64,000 nt of DNA from Nanobdellota archaeon (GTDB lineage Archaea; EX4484-52; LFW-46): the NCBI GenBank assembly GCA_018897155.1, contig JAHILE010000048.1:1385-65384 (forward strand), written 5' to 3'. A model generated the notes under the pieces. It ran no database searches, was not told the origin of the DNA, and saw only the letters and a list, made by a program, of their open reading frames with translations. A program made the position numbers and the translations under genes. Shown one piece after another: positions 17,101 to 23,953 of the stretch; within the stretch, counting starts at the first letter, position 1; every line of letters starts with the position of its first letter.

Positions 17101-20100
17101 CAATACGACAGCATATGCGGGCAATTTCACAACATACTCGCTTGGAAATGACAACCTGACAAACATCACGTTCAATGTTACCGGACTCTCGAACTTTACA
17201 TTCACCTTTTTGCCGGCAAACATCTCAACTTTAGGAGTAAACAGCTCACAGCTTGTCTCTGTAAATGTTTCTGTTCCGTTCGCATATTCTCCAGGTAACT
17301 ATACCGGAACAATAAATATGAGTTCGATTAATGACGGCTGGAAGGTTATTGAAATAAATGTAAGTGTCCTTATAAGACGCGAATGGAGCATTTCTCCGAC
17401 ACATTGCGAAAGGGCGGAAAATCCCGACACCGGAACAGTATGCTCTGTAGCCGTATCCAACACAGGAAACGCACCCATAAACTTTACTGTCAATCCTTCC
17501 GGAATAAATTATACTTCGGCAAATGAAACCAATTTCACAGTGGCTAAGAATTCAACACACTCGCTCGTATTTCTTTATAATGTCTCAAACATCACAAAGG
17601 ATTTTTTCTATTCCTTTTATACCATTAACGCCACAGACGCGGATGCATCTCCGCAGTATAGCAACTTCAACATAACCTTAATACCCTATGTTATACCGTT
17701 GTTTTCAGTGAACGTCCTGCCGAACGAAACCGAGCAGAGAAAAAATGTCGAGATAATGGTAAATGTTACCGACCGCTCCACAACCGGAATAAACTGGACT
17801 CAAATGAATATAACGCTTCCAAACGGCACGCTTGAAACGCATAACCTGACGCGTATAGACGTAAACGGAACTTTCAGCCAATGGTATTTTAATTATTCAG
17901 GAATTATGAATATCTCCAATCTGACAAACATGAGCGGCAATTTATCAAACATCACATTAAATTACACGGGAAGCACAGCATTGCGCGGCACCTATAATAT
18001 ATCCATCACATCACAGGATAATACTGGAGTTGCTGGAGATGTAAATGGAAGCTTCAAAATACATGCAAAAATGCTTATTGGATTCCTTCCGGGATCAACA
18101 AAATATTATCAGGGCTCAACAGGTTCTCTTTATTATGCTGCAACTGATTCTGAGGATAATGCGCTTAGCGGAGCAAATGTAACTATAAAGATAAAAGACT
18201 CTTCAGGAAACTTGACTTATCTCCAAACATTCTCAACAGGATCAAGCGGACAAATACTTCCAACCCCGACATTCCTTTTGCCAAATGATGCTAAAGTCGG
18301 GCAATACAACATTTCTGCATACACAACATATTATGATGCGATTGCAGACAAAATATTAAATGCAACTAACAATGCATCATTCAGCCTGCAATCCGGTTCA
18401 TCTGGCGGTGGAGGCGGACTTGCCGCATATGTGGACACTGCTGTTGTCTGGTACCCTGACAATGTGATGCGCTTTGAAATGTGGTTCTCATATGCAGGAA
18501 ATGTGACTGATCCAGACAATATGACTTTGTTTGTGTATGATCCTGCGAGCAACCTGTATTTTAACATAAGCCTTACAAACGCAAACAGATCATCCGCAGG
18601 ATTGTATAATTACAGGTATGCTATGCCGATTAATACTGCTTCAGGATATTACTTCGCCATCCTCACAGCATCAAAAGAAGGCTTTGTAAGCCAGATGGTA
18701 AAGCCTTTCAGAGTTGCAAAAGGCGGCCCCTATGACGTAAAGCTGACAGTATTGCCGCCTCTTGAAGTGTCGCGGCAAGACTACCTTAGCTTTGAAGTGC
18801 TTGTGGAAAACATGGGAGAAGTCACGCAGGACGTTTATATCGATTATTGGACGTCCTATGAAAACAATACATATTATTATAGTGGAGAAGCCATACTGAC
18901 GCCCGTGGGCGTGAATATAACAATAATAAGAACGGCATACATCTTTTCCAATCAGCCTCTTGGGATGAACACGCTAAACTTAAAAGTGACATACGACAGC
19001 GTACAGGCACCGATACTTTTGAGCGCCAATTTTGAAGTAGTTGATGATTATATAAACATACCTCCTCCTCCGCCACAACCGCCTCCGCCAGACTATGACT
19101 ATGAAAGTGGAGGGGGTGGTGGGGGAGTTATTGAAAGAATAATTTATTTGCCGCCTGAAGAACTTCCGGAAACCGATGCGGCTGGAATTGGCAAAAGATC
19201 AAGCATAGAAATAGAGAGCTATAACAAAGAAATAAACATAGTGCGAGGATGGACATCGCTTGAAAGCGTAAAAGTGAAAAATACAGGCAACACAACACTG
19301 AAAAACATAACGCTTTTGTTATCCGGAATACCTTCTTCATGGTTCAAAATAACTCCAAAATATTATGAAAGCCTAACTTCCGGAAACAGCACAATATTTT
19401 TGATAGAATTCAAAATACCAAATAATGCCGAGTCTGGAACATACAACATCGTTTTCACAGCATCATCTATTGAAAGAACAACTGAAAAAGTCGGCCGCCT
19501 GATAATTTTCACATCGATTGAAGAACTCGTAAATCAAGAGATTATAAACCTTAAAATAGATGTAGAAAAGCTTGAGGAAGACACAGACTATTCCGAACGG
19601 CTTGGAAGAAATATTTCGCAAATCCGGGATATTATAGCATCTGCGCGAGCCCAAATAAAACTAGCTGAAGACAATGCAAAAAAGAAGGTATTTGATGACG
19701 CGCTCCTTAACACGCAAACAGCGTCAGGCCTGATAAAGCGCGGAAAACGCCTGCTTGAGTCCCTTGTAACCGAAGAGCCATCAGTCTCGCAGAAACCAAC
19801 ACGAAATGTCTGGCTTATGGGGCTTGAAGCGCTTTTAATAATTATTTTAATAGCTGCAATAGCGCTATGGACGATACGGTCGCGCGGGAAGCTCAAATGG
19901 GAAAACATAAAGGCATACCTCAAGAAGAAAACCGAAAAGAGCGCGACAAATGAAGAATTGAAGAAAGAGCTTGTTGCAGAAAAGGAAAAAATAGCCCGAA
20001 TGACAAAACTCCTTGAAAGCGAGCTTAAAGAAGGCATAATAACGCAGAACGCATATAATGAGCTGAAGAAGAGAAATGATGAAAAGCGAGCTAAGATAGA

Positions 20101-20122
20101 GCAGCAAATCAAAAAGATTTAA
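14168..20122 (+). CDS. Giant (1,984 aa) surface protein: signal/anchor helix, sequon-saturated Ig/CARDB(NEW3)-like repeats, Pro/Gly hinge, C-terminal TM helix, coiled-coil cytoplasmic tail
   Basis: N-terminus MKQRVILFAMIAAIALLLSPLLVNIANA. I hand-counted about 23 N-x-S/T in one ~215-aa module. Hinge PPPPPQPPPPDYDYESGGGGGG (19061-19126). TM helix VWLMGLEALLIIILIAAIALWTI (~19807-19875). The tail ends LKEGIITQNAYNELKKRNDEKRAKIEQQIKKI. Confidence 0.85.
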   Translation: MGFKMKQRVILFAMIAAIALLLSPLLVNIANAPTDPYWFDTSWHFRIALAINNTDYARDNWPIEHDMNFTALITQTGKSGTFDYNSIRIYAHNSTGGVMHPMKYQFDNASDSSAASNAAGTLVFLLNGTTAANEIRYFYVYFDTIENGAKSPPSFSTNLNYSWDGKEAHVNNSMLRWKIDTMRNENTSGLYDAKGNSATIFTQATSNRTIEYIQYSNGTNNFSFDFRNNATFISGPIMLRLEQAGNEMLWNNPDAITGAGWMKKTYVFYENTKWLKIIQNFTNIGGSSITRNSTNGGALSVNELIDNSLLPPFGNESNPMSRYGASDGSRGVGIINVNSSSNANYSAVYDAALDRIGINLNSTTLAPQESIIQTTVMQFDDVQYSDDQNLLPLRNQLLYPPIITQDNPQYITFMLESKTNYTIHNRNESVLITGNTTFDPYNISSSMNATLDMGTADSADDITIVLYDDGSAEHGDATASDTIFSNYFNLSEDSVFGTWNITINAYDISDILLNQSITAFNVTNEYSTSINISNPDGFVDRIINTTLNVKNKRYDTFIPGATLNCSYSGSGELTNITDYGNGTYLLNFTAPSITGSYLLNCSAIKFNNTGWAAQWFYTETSETMLLLNITPENHTTSNITRATGNSFIINLNATDIGGANAKYTNMTLSLPQNITANATNASCGTVIMGTSCLRDFNITIANGTSPGNYTLNTSVVWENPDTSKNTTNSSVTIYVLSNPQINITPANISGNAPDGKTVTIGTFTVWSIGNDNITNTTFNVTGIPDFSVSFSPQNISGLAAGSSQPVSVNVTVPSDYAPGNYTGTINASTINDGWKTIELNVAVPSTTNLSINITPQNYTSRNISYSNSESFNITINTSNTGVTGAKDVNISLSLPQNLSANSTIENCGNISTNSFCINQFNITISNQTAPGNYTFNITATWKNPDLSINSTTTNMTVAVLSNPLLNVSEGGISTILFDNTTAYAGNFTTYSLGNDNLTNITFNVTGLSNFTFTFLPANISTLGVNSSQLVSVNVSVPFAYSPGNYTGTINMSSINDGWKVIEINVSVLIRREWSISPTHCERAENPDTGTVCSVAVSNTGNAPINFTVNPSGINYTSANETNFTVAKNSTHSLVFLYNVSNITKDFFYSFYTINATDADASPQYSNFNITLIPYVIPLFSVNVLPNETEQRKNVEIMVNVTDRSTTGINWTQMNITLPNGTLETHNLTRIDVNGTFSQWYFNYSGIMNISNLTNMSGNLSNITLNYTGSTALRGTYNISITSQDNTGVAGDVNGSFKIHAKMLIGFLPGSTKYYQGSTGSLYYAATDSEDNALSGANVTIKIKDSSGNLTYLQTFSTGSSGQILPTPTFLLPNDAKVGQYNISAYTTYYDAIADKILNATNNASFSLQSGSSGGGGGLAAYVDTAVVWYPDNVMRFEMWFSYAGNVTDPDNMTLFVYDPASNLYFNISLTNANRSSAGLYNYRYAMPINTASGYYFAILTASKEGFVSQMVKPFRVAKGGPYDVKLTVLPPLEVSRQDYLSFEVLVENMGEVTQDVYIDYWTSYENNTYYYSGEAILTPVGVNITIIRTAYIFSNQPLGMNTLNLKVTYDSVQAPILLSANFEVVDDYINIPPPPPQPPPPDYDYESGGGGGGVIERIIYLPPEELPETDAAGIGKRSSIEIESYNKEINIVRGWTSLESVKVKNTGNTTLKNITLLLSGIPSSWFKITPKYYESLTSGNSTIFLIEFKIPNNAESGTYNIVFTASSIERTTEKVGRLIIFTSIEELVNQEIINLKIDVEKLEEDTDYSERLGRNISQIRDIIASARAQIKLAEDNAKKKVFDDALLNTQTASGLIKRGKRLLESLVTEEPSVSQKPTRNVWLMGLEALLIIILIAAIALWTIRSRGKLKWENIKAYLKKKTEKSATNEELKKELVAEKEKIARMTKLLESELKEGIITQNAYNELKKRNDEKRAKIEQQIKKI
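16046..17389 (+). repeat. Tandem duplication of a ~224-aa (672-nt) double-domain module in giant gene 2
   Basis: Copy 1 starts LNITPENHTTSNITRATGNSF (16046) and copy 2 starts INITPQNYTSRNISYSNSESF (16718). Both end ...PGNYTGTIN.S.INDGWK.IE.NV.V. A related single module lies in giant gene 1 at ~5890-6560 (...PPGNYWTSVLASSDAGVDWIIMNLTVP). Confidence 0.75.
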
Positions 20123-20149
20123 GCCGCAAACAAATCAAAAACCATGCGG

Positions 20150-20455
20150 TTATTTGCTCAAAATTCTCTTCTTTTCAAAAACAATCGCTATAAATACAAG
20201 GCCCATAAACGCAGTTATCACAAGAATGCTTGCGGTATAGCTGACAATATCATTTATTATGTGATATGCACTTCCTTCTTTTGTGGTGCATGTCGTTTCA
20301 CCGCCCTGCATAAAAAAAGAGTACTTTATTTCCGCCGCACCTCCGAAACTTTCGCAGATTTCCGCATGTATCGATTCGTGAAAGTATGTCTGTATTGAAT
20401 TTACAAAAAGAAACATAATTATGAGAACAATTATGTCGAAAATATAGTGCTTCAT
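20150..20455 (-). CDS. Small two-TM membrane protein with HExxH motif (possible minimal zincin-like peptidase)
   Basis: 101 aa. Hydrophobic N- and C-terminal helices flank YFHESIHAEICESFGG. ATG start. Convergent with giant gene 2. Confidence 0.4.
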   Translation of the reverse strand: MKHYIFDIIVLIIMFLFVNSIQTYFHESIHAEICESFGGAAEIKYSFFMQGGETTCTTKEGSAYHIINDIVSYTASILVITAFMGLVFIAIVFEKKRILSK

Positions 20456-20513
20456 GAAATAAGATACTGCATCACAAGCTTAAAAATCGATAAATAATTG
20501 CGCGACAGATAAT

Positions 20514-21083
20514 TCAAGACTTTCTTCTAATGCTTACAACGGTTTTTCCGTTCTGAACCCCTTCATTTTTAACAATAAGCGAATAGGTTCCTGGAGATAG
20601 CTTATAATCTCCTGTCAAATTTATTCCTTTTTCGAAATATTCAAGTCCAACAGCCACCATATTTTTTTTAATAAAGGGAAATGCAAATGAAGGGATCACA
20701 TATGTTTCAAAAACGCCGGACAAAACATCAGGCATTCTATCAGAGATTGTTCCAACATTGCCTTTTGTGAAAACAAAATACGCATTATTGTAATCCAAAT
20801 CTTCGCTGATTGTCATTGAAGTCGCTGTAGAATCAACATTGTAAAAAATGCCGCCGCGGCTTACTACCGCAATTACTGTGGAATTTGCAAAATTCGATGC
20901 ACCATATCTGCCTGATGTGCTTGTGACCGGCGCAAGTGTTGGAGATTCCACAGACACTTCAACCGAATGGCCCGAAGATGCATACGAAACATATGCCAGG
21001 GATGCAAATAATACAACTATACTCAAAGAGAGTAAAATGCAATTACTGCGTTCTTTGAAAAAAGCAGACATTTTACATAGCAT
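20514..21083 (-). CDS. Secreted/anchored hypothetical protein
   Basis: 189 aa. N-terminal hydrophobic helix ILLSLSIVVLFASLAYVSYA, then beta-rich sequence. Alternative ATG at 21071. Confidence 0.5.
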   Translation of the reverse strand: MLCKMSAFFKERSNCILLSLSIVVLFASLAYVSYASSGHSVEVSVESPTLAPVTSTSGRYGASNFANSTVIAVVSRGGIFYNVDSTATSMTISEDLDYNNAYFVFTKGNVGTISDRMPDVLSGVFETYVIPSFAFPFIKKNMVAVGLEYFEKGINLTGDYKLSPGTYSLIVKNEGVQNGKTVVSIRRKS

Positions 21084-21162
21084 AAAAACACAATATACTA
21101 TTATTTGCGCCCGCTTATATACGTACGGCGCAGCTCTTTGTGGTTCGCATCGAGTGGCGAAA

Positions 21163-21173
21163 ACATATAAATC
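21163..21173 (+). promoter_or_regulatory. Candidate TATA box for atpD
   Basis: ACATATAAATC is centred ~33 nt upstream of the ATG at 21201. This spacing fits a very short leader. Confidence 0.3.
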
Positions 21174-21200
21174 TATAGAATTATCTATTAGTGTGATGCT

Positions 21201-21815
21201 ATGGAAATAAAGCCGACGCGCTCGGAACTAATGAAGCTAAAGAAGAAAATCAAGCTTGCTAAAAGCGGCCATAATCTTCTTAAGAAAAAACGCGACGGAT
21301 TAATCATAGAGTTCTTTGAAATTCTAAAACAGGCAAAAACAGTGCGCAAAGAGCTAACTGACGCTTACAAAAAAGCCCGCCATAATGTTGATGTCGCATC
21401 TGCCGTTGAAGGTGTATTTCCGCTTAAAACAGCAGCTATGACAGTAAGCCCCTATACCCCAATAGAGCTTTCTAGCAAAAACATAATGGGTGTGGTGGTG
21501 CCGAAAATAAAGACTGAAAAAAACACCAAAACACAAGTTTACAGCTATATAAGGGGCTCAATAGCGATTGATGAAGCGATAGCGACATACAAACAGGTTC
21601 TTGAAAAAGCAGTGACTGCTGCCGAAGTAGAGACGGCGATGCTTAAGCTTCTCCAAGAGATAGAAAAAACAAAGCGCCGAGTAAACGCACTCGAATTCTC
21701 ACTCATACCAAAAATGCAGAAAGAGGCTTCTTTTGTCACGCTGCGCCTCGAAGAAATGGAACGTGAGAATATCTTCAGACTGAAGAGAATCAAAAATAGA
21801 CTTAAGTCAGCTTAA
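21201..21815 (+). CDS. atpD: V/A-type ATP synthase subunit D
   Basis: MEIKPTRSELMKLKKKIKLAKSGHNLLKKKRDGLIIEF... and a C-terminal coiled coil ending ...MERENIFRLKRIK. This is the typical subunit D sequence pattern. Confidence 0.85.
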   Translation: MEIKPTRSELMKLKKKIKLAKSGHNLLKKKRDGLIIEFFEILKQAKTVRKELTDAYKKARHNVDVASAVEGVFPLKTAAMTVSPYTPIELSSKNIMGVVVPKIKTEKNTKTQVYSYIRGSIAIDEAIATYKQVLEKAVTAAEVETAMLKLLQEIEKTKRRVNALEFSLIPKMQKEASFVTLRLEEMERENIFRLKRIKNRLKSA

Positions 21816-21863
21816 AAACAACATACTAGTAACGCTTATTAACTGTCTTAAGCAATATATATT

Positions 21864-22610
21864 ATGGTAGTTTCCAGCAATCCCATAACAAAAATACTTC
21901 TCGAAGTGCCCGCCAATGCAGACTTGGGCGATATTTCAATAACACACGGCGCTGTTGCAGAAGTTTTTGATTCAACAGGGGCTCTTTCGCGCAAGCCTTT
22001 CGAGCTTGCGGAACATGCACATCCTGCCGAGGTTTGGTTCGAGCTGAATATTTCAAATAGCCGCTTCAAAGATGGGCTTGAGGAAATGAATAAACTGGCG
22101 CACATGGGATTTTCAAACTTTAAAATACTGCTCTCAGGGTTAAAAGATCCAAGCGACATCTATCGCGTGCGCCTTATTGCGGCTGAGCAAGGATTTTCCT
22201 TCGGCATGGAAATTCCTTTCGGAATTCTTGTCGAATACCCTGCAATGGCCCTTTCATACGAAGCGATTTCAAAAGCAGGCGCCTCATTTGCCCTTATGGA
22301 TATAGACACCCTCTCAAAAAGAATATTATTTTCTGAAAAAACGCCTGACGGACTTCCTGATCCGGTGGCTAAAGTAATGGAAGATTCAATAACGCACTTC
22401 AAAGGTATGCGAATGCACGTCTCTGCGCGCGGAAATATGCTTGAAAATGCCGCAGTCATAAAGGAACTGACAAATTTGGGAATTGATTCTGTCGTATCAC
22501 ACCCCGATAAAAAGGAAAGACTGAAGCTAAAACTGCTTCATGCAGAAAAAAGCCATGAGATTGATTTCTTAAAGGCTAAGATGCGCATGCACCTCAAGTC
22601 GCGAGCGTAA
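21864..22610 (+). CDS. Stand-alone PEP-utilising-enzyme C-terminal (TIM barrel)-like domain protein with divergent motifs
   Basis: GILVEYPAMAL / SFALMDIDTLSK / VSARGNMLENA / LTNLGIDSVV align by eye with the PpsA/PPDK blocks GIMIEVPSAAL / DFFSIGTNDLTQ / GICGEMAGDP / LGLGLDELS. The NDLTQ and CGE positions are changed. Confidence 0.45.
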   Translation: MVVSSNPITKILLEVPANADLGDISITHGAVAEVFDSTGALSRKPFELAEHAHPAEVWFELNISNSRFKDGLEEMNKLAHMGFSNFKILLSGLKDPSDIYRVRLIAAEQGFSFGMEIPFGILVEYPAMALSYEAISKAGASFALMDIDTLSKRILFSEKTPDGLPDPVAKVMEDSITHFKGMRMHVSARGNMLENAAVIKELTNLGIDSVVSHPDKKERLKLKLLHAEKSHEIDFLKAKMRMHLKSRA

Positions 22611-22780
22611 AAAATCACAATCCAGTTGATTTTCAAGCTTTCGACGTGGCCAAAAAGTTTGTCGAGCAAACGGCATGAGTTTCATCGCATTCATACTCAC
22701 ATTGCAATGAAAAATCAATAGACGTACAGAGATTGAACAAAGAAGCGGTCGGAAATATATCAAAGTATTTAAATAGCGGT

Positions 22781-22792
22781 GTATATATAATA
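22781..22792 (+). promoter_or_regulatory. Candidate TATA box for tbp
   Basis: GTATATATAATA is centred ~31 nt upstream of the ATG at 22817. A second A/T box, GTATTTAAATA, lies at ~22765. Confidence 0.4.
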
Positions 22793-22816
22793 GACTATCA
22801 TTTCTAAGGGATTCTA

Positions 22817-23359
22817 ATGGGGGGTAATACAATAATAAGAAACGTAGTTGCATCTTGCAGCACTGATTCAAAAATACCGCTTTCTCGCCTGGCTGTGGGC
22901 CTTGAGGGTACTGAATACGAGCCGGAGCAATTTCCGGGACTCGTCATGCGCCTGACTGATCCAAAAGCTGCTGCGCTAATATTCAACTCGGGAAAAATCG
23001 TGTGCACTGGAACAAAATCGCCCGAAGATGCAAAATGCGCAATCGATAAATTAGTGCAGACAATACAGACTCTTGGCGTAAATATCGGAAAAGTAAGAGA
23101 CATCACAATACAAAATATTGTGGCGTCAGCAAACATGGATGCAAAATTGAATCTTAATAAAATAGCTGTGGAACTTGAAGGAACAGAATATGATCCCGAA
23201 CAGTTTCCCGGACTGATTTACCGGCTTGATGATCCACGGGTTGTGTTTCTCTTATTCACATCCGGAAAAGTGATATGCACCGGAGGAAAAAGCCAAAAGG
23301 AACTGAATAGAAGCATTGAAAAGCTTCGTGAGAACCTGATTGGAATTAACGCGCTTTGA
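22817..23359 (+). CDS. tbp: TATA-box binding protein
   Basis: Two direct TBP repeats: RNVVASC...LEGTEYEPEQFPGLVMRLTDPKAAALIFNSGKIVCTGTKS and IQNIVASA...LEGTEYDPEQFPGLIYRLDDPRVVFLLFTSGKVICTGGKS. Confidence 0.97.
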   Translation: MGGNTIIRNVVASCSTDSKIPLSRLAVGLEGTEYEPEQFPGLVMRLTDPKAAALIFNSGKIVCTGTKSPEDAKCAIDKLVQTIQTLGVNIGKVRDITIQNIVASANMDAKLNLNKIAVELEGTEYDPEQFPGLIYRLDDPRVVFLLFTSGKVICTGGKSQKELNRSIEKLRENLIGINAL

Positions 23360-23371
23360 ATATCATTCGCA

Positions 23372-23397
23372 ATTTTCGGCAAATAAAATCCGAAAAT
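23372..23397 (+). terminator. Hairpin just downstream of tbp
   Basis: ATTTTCGG (23372-23379) pairs with CCGAAAAT (23390-23397) around a 10-nt loop, 13 nt after the stop. No clean T-tract follows. Confidence 0.3.
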
Positions 23398-23664
23398 CCC
23401 GATAGACATTTATCAAACTACGAACACAAAAAAATCGGGGGGTTTTTAATAAGGCTATCTTCTACGCTGATTCCCAGCCGGAATAATTTGATATCCCATT
23501 CTGTCGGCCGCCTGTTTTTCGGCAATGTCTATATATTCGCATATCAGCGCGCATCATTCAACAAAAATAGGCAACGAATGGATAAGAAGAATGTTTTTTG
23601 TTGCAGTGCTTCGTATGTTGCTGGAATTGATATTAAAAAATTAAAATAATAAGAAAAATATAAA

Positions 23665-23693
23665 GCGAAACCCCGAAATGCCGGGAGTTTCGC
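23665..23693. terminator. GC-containing hairpin in the convergent tbp/gatE intergenic region
   Basis: GCGAAAC-CCCG...CGGG-A-GTTTCGC gives 7 + 4 bp with one bulged A. It lies ~50 nt downstream (minus strand) of the 16-codon micro-ORF. Confidence 0.4.
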
Positions 23694-23743
23694 AAATTAA
23701 TTAATTTAGAGAGATTAAAATTGAGTTAAAATAAATTTCGGGA

Positions 23744-23794
23744 TTATTTTTTCTTTTTCTTGCCCTTTGCTACTGCTTTCTTCTTTGCTGCCAT
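23744..23794 (-). CDS. Candidate 16-aa Lys-rich micro-protein (MAAKKKAVAKGKKKKK)
   Basis: ATG at 23794 and TAA at 23744-23746. GGGGTGAT, a near-perfect match to the archaeal anti-SD, lies 4 nt upstream. A/T-rich TATA-like sequence lies further upstream, and the hairpin is downstream. Too short for the ORF track. Confidence 0.3.
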   Translation of the reverse strand: MAAKKKAVAKGKKKKK

Positions 23795-23953
23795 TTTATC
23801 ACCCCATAATTTTGAATTGCTTGAAAAATACACAAGTATTTCAAGATAGTAACTATTATATGCCCCATAGTATATATAGTTTTTTTTAAAAATACTTTTT
23901 TCAGAAAAAATTTCAGAATTTTTTTCAAATATTTTTTTAGAAAAAAATAAAAA

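Noticed and set aside
14240-20112. Antisense and off-frame ORFs inside giant gene 2, including the 174-aa ORF at 19588-20112
   Set aside because: They are nested in the 5.9-kb frame. The 19588-20112 ORF is the antisense of the Lys/Glu coiled-coil tail.
23356-23649. 97-aa plus-strand ORF after tbp
   Set aside because: It overlaps the tbp stop and has no SD or TATA context. It runs through a hairpin and has odd composition. I treat it as probably non-coding, though the 600-nt gap is not fully explained.
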